64,000 nt of DNA, taken from positions 4,037-68,036 of the forward strand of contig CADEGL010000010.1 of the NCBI GenBank assembly GCA_902826885.1. The letters run 5' to 3'. Below are positions 36,965-46,749 of this stretch, in pieces. A program made the position numbers and the translations under genes. Every line of letters starts with the position of its first letter. Position 1 is the stretch's first letter. The stretch is from an uncultured Alphaproteobacteria bacterium. Lineage in GTDB: Bacteria > Pseudomonadota > Alphaproteobacteria > CADEGL01. Below the pieces are notes generated by a model, which searched no databases, was not told the DNA's origin, and saw only the letters and a list, made by a program, of their open reading frames with translations.

Positions 36965-37963
36965 ATGCAGATCAAGACGCCGTATCTATTGTTCCTGGGC
37001 GACGCGCGCGACCAGCTTGCCGCCAAAACCGCCCAGGGCATCGCCTATTGGCGCCCCGAATGGTGCGTGGGCCAGCTTCGCCTGACGGATTGCAACGCCA
37101 ATCTCGGTCTCAAGGAATTGACGGTCGCCGAGGCCGCCAAGGCCGGGGTCAAGACGTTGATCGTCGGCGTGGCCAATCGCGGCGGCATCATCTCCGATGC
37201 CTGGATCGCGGTCTTGAACGAGGCGCTGGAGCGCGGCATGGACCTGGCCGCGGGCCTGCACAACAAACTGTCCGAGGTGCCCAAATTGCGCGAGACGGCC
37301 ACGCGTCTTGGCCGCGAGCTGTTCGACGTGCGCCATCCGACGCGGCCCTTCCCACTGGGTACGGGTGCGAAGCGTCCGGGTTTGCGCCTGCTCGCCGTCG
37401 GCACCGATGTCTCGTCGGGCAAGATGTACACGACGCTGGCGCTGGAGAAGGAATTGAAGAAGCGCGGCCGCAAGGCCGATTTCCGCGCCACGGGCCAGAC
37501 CGGCATCTTCATCGCCGGCAGCGGTGTGTCGATCGACGCCGTCGTCTCCGATTTCGTCTCGGGCGCGGTCGAGACCTTGTCGCCCGCCAACGATCCCGAC
37601 CATTGGGATCTGGTGGAAGGCCAGGGCTCGCTGTTCCACGCCTCCTACGCGGGCGTCACGCTCGGCCTCATCCACGGCTCGCAGCCGGACGCCCTCGTCA
37701 TGTGCCACGAGCCGACGCGCCAGCATGTGCGCGGCCTGCCGCACTTCAAGCTGCCCGGCATCAAGGAATGCATGGAGGCCAACCTGGCCGCCGCGCGCCT
37801 GACCAACCCGGCGGCCAAGTTCGTCGGGATCGCCCTCAACACCTCGCAGATGTCCGAGGCCGACGCGCTGAAGGAAATCGCGAAGACCGAAGCGGCCTAC
37901 GGGCTGCCCACGGTCGATCCGGTGCGCCAGGGCGTCGCCAAGATCGCCGACCGTCTTTGGTAA
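36965..37963 (+). CDS. dgcN: DUF1611-family protein (D-glutamate N-acetyltransferase DgcN-like)
   Basis: DUF1611 architecture, encoded directly upstream of an enolase-superfamily racemase or epimerase (5-nt gap). Confidence 0.6.
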   Translation: MQIKTPYLLFLGDARDQLAAKTAQGIAYWRPEWCVGQLRLTDCNANLGLKELTVAEAAKAGVKTLIVGVANRGGIISDAWIAVLNEALERGMDLAAGLHNKLSEVPKLRETATRLGRELFDVRHPTRPFPLGTGAKRPGLRLLAVGTDVSSGKMYTTLALEKELKKRGRKADFRATGQTGIFIAGSGVSIDAVVSDFVSGAVETLSPANDPDHWDLVEGQGSLFHASYAGVTLGLIHGSQPDALVMCHEPTRQHVRGLPHFKLPGIKECMEANLAAARLTNPAAKFVGIALNTSQMSEADALKEIAKTEAAYGLPTVDPVRQGVAKIADRLW

Positions 37964-37967
37964 TCCG

Positions 37968-38948
37968 ATGACCGAACTCGACGTTCGCCGCGAATCCTGG
38001 CCGATCCGCGGCAGCTTCGCCATTTCGCGTGGCAGCCGCACGGCGACCGAAGTGGTGGTTGTCGATCTGACGCGCGACGGGCATACGGGACGCGGCGAAT
38101 GCGTGCCCTATCCGCGCTATGGCGAGACGGTCGAAGGCGTGATCGCCGACATCGAATCGTTGCGTGTGCGTCTTGGGGCCGGGCTCGGCCGGGAGGGGCT
38201 GCAAACGGCGCTGCCCGCCGGCGCCGCGCGCAACGCGGTCGATTGCGCCTTCTGGGATCTGGAGGCCAAGCGCACGGGCAAGCGCGCGTTCACGCTTGCC
38301 GGGCTATCCGCGCCCAAGCCGCTCACCACCGCCTACACCCTGTCGCTGGACGCTCCCGATATTATGGGCCGCGCGGCGGCGGAGAATGCGCACCGGCCCC
38401 TGCTCAAGCTCAAGGTGACGGGCGAGGGCGATTTGGAGCGGGTGCGCGCGGTGCGCGCGAATGCGCCGAAGTCTCGCCTCGTGGTCGATGCGAACGAGGC
38501 GTGGACGCCCGAGTTGTTCACGCGCTTCGTGCCGGAGCTAGCGGGACTCGGCGTCGCCATGATCGAGCAGCCGCTGCCGGCCAAGGAGGACACGCCGTTG
38601 GCCTCGCTCAAGCGCGCCATCCCCGTCTGCGCCGATGAATCCTGCCATGATGCAAGCACGATCGCGGCCTTGGTCGGCCGCTATGACATGATCAACATCA
38701 AATTGGACAAGACCGGCGGCCTGACCGAGGCGCTGAAACTGCGCCGCGCGGCCGAGGCCAAGGGCTTCGGCGTCATGGTCGGTTGCATGATCGCGACATC
38801 ACTGTCGATGGCGCCGGCGGTCTTGGTGGCGCAAGGCGCCGCGGTCGTCGATCTCGACGGCCCGCTTCTCCTCGCGCGCGACCGCGACGCCGGCCTGCGT
38901 TATGACGGCAGCACGGTTCACCCGTCCGATGCGGCGCTCTGGGGTTAG
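37968..38948 (+). CDS. dgcA: enolase-superfamily dipeptide epimerase / N-acetyl-D-glutamate racemase (DgcA-like)
   Basis: MR/MLE-family metal ligands (KLK...DANEAW...EQP...D) with an N-terminal capping domain. Confidence 0.65.
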   Translation: MTELDVRRESWPIRGSFAISRGSRTATEVVVVDLTRDGHTGRGECVPYPRYGETVEGVIADIESLRVRLGAGLGREGLQTALPAGAARNAVDCAFWDLEAKRTGKRAFTLAGLSAPKPLTTAYTLSLDAPDIMGRAAAENAHRPLLKLKVTGEGDLERVRAVRANAPKSRLVVDANEAWTPELFTRFVPELAGLGVAMIEQPLPAKEDTPLASLKRAIPVCADESCHDASTIAALVGRYDMINIKLDKTGGLTEALKLRRAAEAKGFGVMVGCMIATSLSMAPAVLVAQGAAVVDLDGPLLLARDRDAGLRYDGSTVHPSDAALWG

Positions 38949-39889
38949 TCCTTCTCGAACGCGTTCTTGATCTTGGCCAGTTCGACCAGGCGCGCGTCGC
39001 GGGCGCGGGCCATGTCGGCCGGCGTTCGGCCGTTCAGCATCTCCTCGACTTGGTCGATGAGGATCTTCTGTTGCTCGGGCGTCAGGCGGATGCGCGAGGC
39101 GCGGTCGACCGCCATCGTGTCGCGTGGACCGAACATCTCGAAGGTGCGTTTCAGACCGCCTTCGCCGCCCGCCAGCATGTAGGACAGGAACGGGCCGATG
39201 AAGGCCCAGCGCCGCCCCGGCCCTTCGGTGATGGCCGCATCCACGTCGGCCGCGGTGCAATAGCCCTGTAGCACCATCTGCACGGCCTCGTTCCAGACCA
39301 CGTATTGCAGGCGGTTGGCGATATGGCCGTAAATCTCGCGCTTGAGCCGCACGGGCTTCAAGCCTGCCTCGGCATAGAACGCCTCGGCCAAATCGATCGC
39401 CGCGGGATCGGTGCGCTCGCCGCCGGCCAGTTCCATCAGCGGCACCAAGTGCGGCGGGTTGAACGGATGCGCCAGGATGCAGCGCTCGGGATGCGCGCAT
39501 TCGAGGGCCAGGCGCGTCATCACCAGCGCCGAGGTGCTGGAGGCGATCACGCGTTCCTTGGGAAACGCGGCGTCGATCTCGGCCAACACCTTAATCTTGA
39601 GCGCTTCCGTCTCGGGTGCGTTCTCCTGCACGAAATCGGCGTCCTTCACGCAGGACGCCACATCGCGCGCGAAGGCGAAGGGCGGCGGCGCATCCAGCTT
39701 CGTCGCGCCGATCTCGCGCAGTTGCGGCCAGATGCGCGCGACGAAGGCGCGCAGCTTCGCTTCGCCGTCCGGCGCCGGGTCGGTCGCCGTTACCCGATAG
39801 CCGCGCGCGAGGAAATGCGCGCAGAACGAGCCGCCGATGGTGCCCGTGCCGACCAGCGCGATGTGTTTGATCTTTCGCCGCTCGATCAT
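38945..39889 (-). CDS. 3-hydroxyacyl-CoA dehydrogenase family protein (L-carnitine dehydrogenase-like)
   Basis: NAD-binding IALVGTGTIGGSF and a 3HCDH C-terminal domain. The ~314-aa size is typical of carnitine 3-dehydrogenases. Confidence 0.7.
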   Translation of the reverse strand: MIERRKIKHIALVGTGTIGGSFCAHFLARGYRVTATDPAPDGEAKLRAFVARIWPQLREIGATKLDAPPPFAFARDVASCVKDADFVQENAPETEALKIKVLAEIDAAFPKERVIASSTSALVMTRLALECAHPERCILAHPFNPPHLVPLMELAGGERTDPAAIDLAEAFYAEAGLKPVRLKREIYGHIANRLQYVVWNEAVQMVLQGYCTAADVDAAITEGPGRRWAFIGPFLSYMLAGGEGGLKRTFEMFGPRDTMAVDRASRIRLTPEQQKILIDQVEEMLNGRTPADMARARDARLVELAKIKNAFEKD

Positions 39890-39900
39890 CGTGCTCTCCG

Positions 39901-40314
39901 TCAGTGGATCGTCTTCGAAGGTTTGGCGGGCGCCGGTTTCTCTTCCGGCGGCGCGTCGTTGGTGGGGCCGGCCTGGTGGTGGGTCATGCGCCAGATGCCG
40001 TCCTCGCGCGCGAAGATGTTGGTGGCGATCAGATAGCCGCCTTCCACCATCTCAAAGCAGATCACGAAGGCCACGTCGCCGATCACGAAGGCACGCGCGC
40101 CGCGGCAGGTCACCTTGGGCGCGTTGGTGCTGGACAGGATGCCCTGCCAGCTGGTCATCACCGCTTCGCGCGTGACGAGGGCGCCCCAACCCGGATGGAT
40201 GCAGGCCACCGGCGCGCGCCGGGCCCACAAGGCTTCCATGGCGGCGATGTCGCGCTCCGAGAACGCCTTGTAGAAGCTCTCGTTGGCTTGCAGAACCAGA
40301 TCGTCGTCGTTCAT
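39901..40314 (-). CDS. NTF2-like (SnoaL/DUF4440) family protein
   Basis: Small alpha+beta cone-fold signature (FYKAFSERDIAAMEALW). Confidence 0.55.
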   Translation of the reverse strand: MNDDDLVLQANESFYKAFSERDIAAMEALWARRAPVACIHPGWGALVTREAVMTSWQGILSSTNAPKVTCRGARAFVIGDVAFVICFEMVEGGYLIATNIFAREDGIWRMTHHQAGPTNDAPPEEKPAPAKPSKTIH

Positions 40315-40369
40315 GTCCGTTCCCCGTCGGTCGCGCCAGTGAAGCGGAACGGAGCGGCGCGGTCGAGCC

Positions 40370-41494
40370 TCATGCGAAGCGGCCAGGATCGAAGCGCGTC
40401 AGGTCCAGGGGCGGCTCGCGGCCCTGGATCATCTCCGACAGGGCCAGGGCTTGCGCCGGCCCCATGTGAAAGCCGCCGCGCGCGCCCGCCGCGATATAGG
40501 CCTGTTCATGACCGGGCAGGCGGCCGATCACGGGCAAGGCGTCCGGTGTCACGGCCTGGAACCCGGCCCAGCTGCGCACCGCGCGCAAGTCCGCCAAGCC
40601 CGGCACCACCGAAGCGGCGGTGGCCCAGTTCTGCCGCAGCCGGTCATAATCGGTCTTGCGCTGTCCGGTCGCGAACACGCCGCGCCCCTGCCAGCCGCCG
40701 CCGATCATGCAGGTGCCGTTCTCGTACTGCTTAAGCGTCAGAATGCCGGCCACGTGACTGACCACCCGGTCGAACAGCTTGGGTCCGGGCTCGGTGATGG
40801 TCAGCATGTTGGTGTCGACATAGAGCGGTAGGGAAACGTCCAGCATGCGCGCGACCTCGCCCGACCATGGCCCGGCGGTCACCACGACGGCGCGGCAGCG
40901 CAGGCCGCCCGCGGCGCTTTTGACGAGATAGCTGGCGCCCGCGCGCGTGACGGCTTCGACCGGAGTCTGCGATAGCACGTACGCGCCCGCGCGCCGCGCG
41001 GCGGCGACCACGGCGTTACCCGCGAGCAGCGGGCTTGCATGGGAATCCTCGTTGCAGAAGGTGGCCGCGCGAACGTCCCGCCCGAGCCAGGGTGCGCGGT
41101 CGCGCATCGCGTTGGCTTCGAGCCATTCTAGTTCGAGCCCCGATTGGGCCTGCTTGGCGGCATAGTCGCGCAAATGCGCGATGTGGGCATCGTTGGTCGC
41201 GACCAGGAAGCCGCCCAGCCGATGGAATCCCACCTCCATCCCGTCTTCTTCCTGGAACCGTTGCCACAGCGCGATGCCGAGCCGCGCCATGGCCAGCACC
41301 TCGACGCGCATGGCCTGAATGGAGAGGGTGCCGGCATTGGAGCCGGAGGCGTCGCTCCACGGCTCGGTGCGGTCGAAGGCAACGACCGAACGCCCCGCGC
41401 GGGCAAGGAACAGCGCGGCTGAAATGCCGACCACGCCGCCGCCGATCACGGCCACGTCCGCGTCCCGCGGAATTGTGGAATCCCTTCCGTCCAT
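40370..41494 (-). CDS. FAD-dependent oxidoreductase, DAO family
   Basis: DVAVIGGGVVGISAALFLARAG dinucleotide-binding motif. Confidence 0.75.
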   Translation of the reverse strand: MDGRDSTIPRDADVAVIGGGVVGISAALFLARAGRSVVAFDRTEPWSDASGSNAGTLSIQAMRVEVLAMARLGIALWQRFQEEDGMEVGFHRLGGFLVATNDAHIAHLRDYAAKQAQSGLELEWLEANAMRDRAPWLGRDVRAATFCNEDSHASPLLAGNAVVAAARRAGAYVLSQTPVEAVTRAGASYLVKSAAGGLRCRAVVVTAGPWSGEVARMLDVSLPLYVDTNMLTITEPGPKLFDRVVSHVAGILTLKQYENGTCMIGGGWQGRGVFATGQRKTDYDRLRQNWATAASVVPGLADLRAVRSWAGFQAVTPDALPVIGRLPGHEQAYIAAGARGGFHMGPAQALALSEMIQGREPPLDLTRFDPGRFA

Positions 41495-41633
41495 CGCCTC
41501 TCCTTACGCTCCGGCGGGCCAGGATGCCGCCCCCGACTATCGCAGAGCAATCGCTAATCGGGCCCGCGCGTTGGCATGCCGGATGCGCGGCCGATATGCT
41601 CGGTCCATATCGCCACGCACGGGGGAGGGTTTC

Positions 41634-43205
41634 ATGGCACGCCAAGCGCTCGGGACACTCGATGGCAAGCAGTTCGACGTGGCCGTCGTCGGCGCGGGCC
41701 TCAACGGCATATCGTCGGCTCAGCATCTGGCCGCGGCTGGCTATTCCGTCCTTCTGGTCGAGAAGAACGATTTCTGCACCGGCGCCTCCAGCCGCTCCAG
41801 CCGTATGCTCTCCTGCGGCATTCGCTATCTCGAACGCGGCATGTCCATGTGGCAGTTCATGGCCAAGCCGGACTTGCTGTTCGCCTCGCTCAAGATGGCG
41901 CGCCAGGCCATGAAGACGCGCAGCCAGTTCGTCAACACGGCGTCCCCGCATCTGCGCGAACTGAAATTCGCCTTCCCGATCTACAACACGGATTACTACC
42001 AGCCCTGGCAGGTGAAGCTCGCGTTCAAGATGCTGGAGATCCTGGGGCCGGGCGACGTGCCGATCGATTTCAAGATCCTGAAGCCGGCCGAGATCAAGAA
42101 CCAGCCGCTCCTGTCCTGGATGCGTGATCAGGACAAGATGAAGGGCGCGGCCATGTTCCGCGAATACCATTTCGACTGGCCCGAGCGCGTGGCCATGGAC
42201 ACGGTGCTGGACGCCGAGCGCATGGGCGCGGTCGTGCGCAATTACACGCCGGTCACGGGGATGCGCCGCGACGGCGAAGGTTGGCGCGTCTCGTTGGCCG
42301 ATTCTCTGCAACCCGGCGCGGAAGCGACGGTCAGGGCCAAAATCGTGCTCAACATGGCGGGCACCTGGATCGACCGCGTCAACAAGCTGGCCGGCGATTC
42401 GGCCAAGCGGAAGATCTGCGGCACCAAGGGCGTGCATTTCGCGGTCAAGCTGCCGCCCGAATGCCAGTATCGCGGCGTCATGGGCCACCACCGCGAGCAT
42501 GAGCATCTCTACTGCTTCCCCTGGCGCGATCTGCATTATTTCGGCCCGACCGAGACGCTGTTCGAAGGCAACATCGACGATATCCGCGCGACGGATAACG
42601 AGATCGACTGGCTCTTGGCCGAGGCCAATTACCTGTTCCCGTCTCTTAATTTGAAGCGCTCGGACATCTTGTTCTCGTGGGCGGGCGTGCGGCCCTTGAC
42701 CTACGACCCGCGCTATCCCAAGGGCTCGCGCGACCGCCTCGTGCACGATCTGGCCTCGGAAGGAATGCCTGGCGTCCTCGCCATGACGGCGGGGCCGATC
42801 ATGACCCATCGCTCGGCGGGCCAGGAGATGTGCGCGGCCGTTCAGGGCAAGATCCAACCATCGGGCGCGCCGCAGGCGATCGACTATTCGGCGCGCAAGT
42901 TCCCGGAAAACCAGAACTCGCCGCCGCTGCTCGACCATTGGACGACGGCCAAAGTCTCCGACCTGAAGCATGTCGCGGCGACCGAGTATCCCGCGACGTT
43001 GGTGGATGCGATCCGCCGTGTGGGCGCGCATTGGACCCGCACCATGGCGGGCGAGGCGGCCGAGAAAGCCGCGCGCGCGATCGCGCCCGAGATGGGCTGG
43101 GACGAGGCCCGAATCGTGCAGGAGGCCAAGGATTACGTGGCCTATATCGCGCACCAGCATCTGCGCGGACCCGAAGGGCTGATCCACTCCGACGCGAAGC
43201 AGTAA
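41634..43205 (+). CDS. GlpD-like FAD-dependent (glycerol-3-phosphate dehydrogenase family) oxidoreductase
   Basis: FDVAVVGAGLNGISSA and GlpD-family blocks (GGKxTTYR-like region GTKGVHF). SD GGGGGAGGG precedes it. The listed ORF start at 41319 is an upstream extension. Confidence 0.75.
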   Translation: MARQALGTLDGKQFDVAVVGAGLNGISSAQHLAAAGYSVLLVEKNDFCTGASSRSSRMLSCGIRYLERGMSMWQFMAKPDLLFASLKMARQAMKTRSQFVNTASPHLRELKFAFPIYNTDYYQPWQVKLAFKMLEILGPGDVPIDFKILKPAEIKNQPLLSWMRDQDKMKGAAMFREYHFDWPERVAMDTVLDAERMGAVVRNYTPVTGMRRDGEGWRVSLADSLQPGAEATVRAKIVLNMAGTWIDRVNKLAGDSAKRKICGTKGVHFAVKLPPECQYRGVMGHHREHEHLYCFPWRDLHYFGPTETLFEGNIDDIRATDNEIDWLLAEANYLFPSLNLKRSDILFSWAGVRPLTYDPRYPKGSRDRLVHDLASEGMPGVLAMTAGPIMTHRSAGQEMCAAVQGKIQPSGAPQAIDYSARKFPENQNSPPLLDHWTTAKVSDLKHVAATEYPATLVDAIRRVGAHWTRTMAGEAAEKAARAIAPEMGWDEARIVQEAKDYVAYIAHQHLRGPEGLIHSDAKQ

Positions 43206-43211
43206 CGCGCG

Positions 43212-44150
43212 CTAGAAGCGCAGGGCCGCGCCCGTCAGATGCACCGACGGCACGGCGCGCGCCAGCTCCTTCAAGACCTTGTTCAAGTCGGCGAGGAAGT
43301 CGTTGGCGGTGCGCGACGGCGGGCGGTAGCGCGAGCAGATCGCGAAGATCCGGAAGTCGATGCTGGGCTTGAAGCGCCGGATCTCGAGGCCGCTGAAGAC
43401 GCCTTCGAGGGACGCCGAATCCATCAGCCCCACGACACCGCCTTCCGACACCATGGTCGGCGCCGTGAGCGACAGGTTGGATTCGATGATGGCGTCCATC
43501 TGCTCGGGGCGGAGCGCCTCGCGGATCAGCATGCCTGTCATGGCGTTGTCGGTCAGCGTCACGATCCGTTCGTCGATCAGATCGTCGGCCGCGACGACGC
43601 GCTTCTGCGCGAGGCGATGGCCCGGCGGGAACACGCACACGATTTCCGATCGGCAGATGGGGATCGAGCGGACCTTGGAAAGATCCGTCGGCGAATAGAC
43701 GAAGCCGAAATCGACCTCCTGCCGGACGACGGATTCGGCAATCCGCGTCATGGAATGCGATTCGAGCCGGATGCTCACCTTCCGCTTCCGCGCTGCATAT
43801 CGGGCTACAGCGCGGGACAGGAAGGATGTCACGAGGCCCGGCGGTGCCGCGATAGCGAGCGTGCCCTCGTTGCGCGCCCGCACGGCCCTGATACGGCCCT
43901 CGACCAGATCATGGTGCAGAAGCAGCTCGTCGATCTCGGGCAGAAGGTTGCGTGCCTCGACGGTCGGCGTGGTGCGTCCGCTGGAGCGGTTGAAGAGGGG
44001 GAAGCCGACCTGCTCCTCCAGTTCGAACAGCGCGCGGGAGGTGGCCGGCTGGGAAATGCCCAACTGCTGCGCGGCCTCGGTCACCGACCGGGCGCGCATC
44101 ACGGTCTGGAAGATCAGCATGTGGCGGCGGCGCAGGCTTGCCATACCCAT
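43212..44150 (-). CDS. LysR-family transcriptional regulator
   Basis: N-terminal HTH (MLIFQTVMRARSVTEAAQQLGISQPATSRALFELEEQVGFPLF). It is divergent from the GlpD-like paralog. Confidence 0.8.
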   Translation of the reverse strand: MGMASLRRRHMLIFQTVMRARSVTEAAQQLGISQPATSRALFELEEQVGFPLFNRSSGRTTPTVEARNLLPEIDELLLHHDLVEGRIRAVRARNEGTLAIAAPPGLVTSFLSRAVARYAARKRKVSIRLESHSMTRIAESVVRQEVDFGFVYSPTDLSKVRSIPICRSEIVCVFPPGHRLAQKRVVAADDLIDERIVTLTDNAMTGMLIREALRPEQMDAIIESNLSLTAPTMVSEGGVVGLMDSASLEGVFSGLEIRRFKPSIDFRIFAICSRYRPPSRTANDFLADLNKVLKELARAVPSVHLTGAALRF

Positions 44151-44270
44151 TTGGTTATGACTCGCGTTTGTTAGATTATTGGACGGGCAGAATGGGGGCC
44201 GTTTAGATGGCCCGTCAAACAGAATGCGAATCGTCCACATTCGCCGCAGGCAGGGTTGGGGGAACAATCG

Positions 44271-45839
44271 ATGAAACGGATGGCTCTCAAGGAGCTCGAC
44301 GGGCGCAGGTTCGACGCGATCGTGGTGGGCGCCGGCGTGAACGGATCCAGCGGCGCGCACCACCTGGCCGCCGCAGGCTACAAGGTGCTGGTGGTGGACA
44401 AGGGCGATTTCGCCGCCGGCTCGTCCAGCCGTTCCAGCCGCCTGCTCCATTGCGGCCTGCGTTTCATCGAGCCGGGCGAGGGGCTGGGTTACCGCAAACC
44501 CAGCATGTTCGACTATTTCACCAAGCCCAAGGACACGATCCGCAACCTGGGTCGCGCGCGCGACGCCATGAACGCACGCAGCCAGATCTCGACGACGATG
44601 CCCGAGCGGGTGCGCGCCTTCTCCTTCTGCTTCCCGGTCTACACCGACAGCATCTACAAGCCGTGGCAGGTCACGGTCGGCATGAGGATTCTAGCGGCGC
44701 TCGGTCCTGGCGACGTACCGCTCGATCCCAAGCGTATCCCCGCCAAGGAAGCGCTCCAGATGCCGCTCCTCAGGTGGCTGCGCAATCCGGAAAAGCTGAC
44801 CTCGGTGTTCAGTTACCGGGAGTACCGCTACGAGTGGCCCGAGCGCATCGCAATGGACACCCTTCTCGACGCCGAGCGCATGGGCGCCGTCGTGCGCAAC
44901 TACACGCCCGCGACCAAGATGGTCCGCGAAGGCGACGATTGGCGCATCGATCTGGCCGACGCCTTCGATCCCAACGCCAAGGCGTCGGTTTCGGCGCCCG
45001 TGGTTCTCAACACCGGCGGCATCTGGACCGACCGCATCAACAAGTTGGCGACCGAGCATGCGCGCCGGAAGATCCTGGGCACCAAGGGCTCCCACATCAT
45101 GTTTCGCCTGCCGCCCGAATGCGAAAACATGGGCGTCATCGCCCACACGACCGACCGCGAGCCGCACTACGTCATCCCATGGCGCGGCATGCACTACACC
45201 GGCCCCACGGACACCAAGTATGAGGGCGACATCGACGACATCAGCGCGACGGAGGAGGAGAAGGAGCACCTGATCCACGAAACCAACGCGCTGCTGCCGG
45301 GCCTCGGCCTCACGCGCAAGGACGTGCTGTTCTCCTGGGCGGGCGTGCGGCCGCTCACCTATGACCCGGACCTGCCCATGGGCAAGCGCGGCCATACGCT
45401 GCATGACCTGGAGGCCGACGGTCTCCCCGGCATGTACGCCATGACGTCCTCGCCCATCCAGTCGCACCGCCTGGCGGGGGTGCAGCTGGCCACCGCCGTG
45501 CAGAAGAAATTCAAGCCCTCGGGCCAGCCCCAGCAGATCTCCTATGCGGCCAAGCCCTATCCCAAGGACGATTCGCCGGCGCTCCTCAACCATTGGCCCG
45601 ATGCACGCATTTCCCATCTGCACGCAGCGGCCAAGAACGAGCAGCCCGTGACGCTGGTGGACCTGTTGTTCCGCCGGGTCGGCGCGGGCTGGACCCAGAC
45701 CATGGGGCGCGAAGTCGCCCGCCGTGCGGCGCAGGAAGTTGCGCCGATCCTGGGCTGGGACCAGACGCGCCAGGACAAGGAAGTGCGCGACTACTTGGCG
45801 CACATCGACCGGCTGCACGGGGTGAAGGCGGACGGTTAG
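44271..45839 (+). CDS. GlpD-like FAD-dependent oxidoreductase (paralog of 41634..43205)
   Basis: About 55% identical by eye to the upstream paralog (FDAIVVGAGVNGSSGA..., WAGVRPLTYDP...). Confidence 0.75.
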   Translation: MKRMALKELDGRRFDAIVVGAGVNGSSGAHHLAAAGYKVLVVDKGDFAAGSSSRSSRLLHCGLRFIEPGEGLGYRKPSMFDYFTKPKDTIRNLGRARDAMNARSQISTTMPERVRAFSFCFPVYTDSIYKPWQVTVGMRILAALGPGDVPLDPKRIPAKEALQMPLLRWLRNPEKLTSVFSYREYRYEWPERIAMDTLLDAERMGAVVRNYTPATKMVREGDDWRIDLADAFDPNAKASVSAPVVLNTGGIWTDRINKLATEHARRKILGTKGSHIMFRLPPECENMGVIAHTTDREPHYVIPWRGMHYTGPTDTKYEGDIDDISATEEEKEHLIHETNALLPGLGLTRKDVLFSWAGVRPLTYDPDLPMGKRGHTLHDLEADGLPGMYAMTSSPIQSHRLAGVQLATAVQKKFKPSGQPQQISYAAKPYPKDDSPALLNHWPDARISHLHAAAKNEQPVTLVDLLFRRVGAGWTQTMGREVARRAAQEVAPILGWDQTRQDKEVRDYLAHIDRLHGVKADG

Positions 45840-45876
45840 TTTCGGAATGCATTCGCAGAATGATGGAGGAAACGTG

Positions 45877-46728
45877 ATGAACGCGATGACGGTCCGGCGG
45901 CTGACCGGCAATCTGGGCGCGGAAATCTCCGGCATCAATCTGAACACCCTCAGCCCGTTCGAGGTGACGTCCATCCGAAAGGCGTTCCTGGATCACCAGG
46001 TTGTCTTTTTTCCGGGGCAGAGACTGAGCGCGGACAGTTTCGCCGCCCTGGCGAAGAAGTTCGGCGAGATCGAGCCGCCCCATACCGGCCTCGATAAGCA
46101 TCCCGACAATACGAATGTGATGCTGGTCACCGCGCGCGCGAGCAAAGGCGGACGAAACTACAACGACGTCTGGCACTCGGACGTTTCGTTCGACGAGACG
46201 CCGCCGCTGGGCTCCCTGCTGCACCCGATGACGTTGCCGCAGATCGGCGGCGACACGCTGTGGGTCTCCATGTATGCCGCTTACGAAAACCTGTCTGAGC
46301 GCATGAAGGCGATGATCGAGGGGCTTCAGGTGCTGCACGACGGCGTGCCCACTTTCACGCCTTTCCTTCTGGACCCGGCCACAAAGGACGGGCCGGAGCG
46401 TCTCAAGAAAATGAAGGTCGAGAAGCCGGGCTGCGTACATCCGATGGTCATCCGCCATCCTGAAACCGGCCGGCGCGCGCTGTTCGTCAGCCGCGCCTAC
46501 GCGGCGCGCGTCCTCGGTGTGTCCGAGATCGAGAGCCGGCACCTCATCAACATGCTTTGCGACCACTGCGAGCAGGCGAATTTCCAGGTCCGCTGGCGCT
46601 GGTCGGAAGGCGATGTGGCCTTCTGGGACAATCGCTGCACGATTCATTACGCCGCGAACGATTACGGCGTGCAGGAACGCCAGATGATGCGGGTCACGAT
46701 CAAGGGCTCGAAACCGCTGGCCGCCTGA
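45877..46728 (+). CDS. TauD/TfdA-family Fe(II)/2-oxoglutarate dioxygenase
   Basis: WHSDVSF (H-x-D) and C-terminal H/R motifs. SD GGAGGAA precedes it. Confidence 0.8.
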   Translation: MNAMTVRRLTGNLGAEISGINLNTLSPFEVTSIRKAFLDHQVVFFPGQRLSADSFAALAKKFGEIEPPHTGLDKHPDNTNVMLVTARASKGGRNYNDVWHSDVSFDETPPLGSLLHPMTLPQIGGDTLWVSMYAAYENLSERMKAMIEGLQVLHDGVPTFTPFLLDPATKDGPERLKKMKVEKPGCVHPMVIRHPETGRRALFVSRAYAARVLGVSEIESRHLINMLCDHCEQANFQVRWRWSEGDVAFWDNRCTIHYAANDYGVQERQMMRVTIKGSKPLAA

Positions 46729-46749
46729 ACAAGGGCGCCGGTTTTTCCG

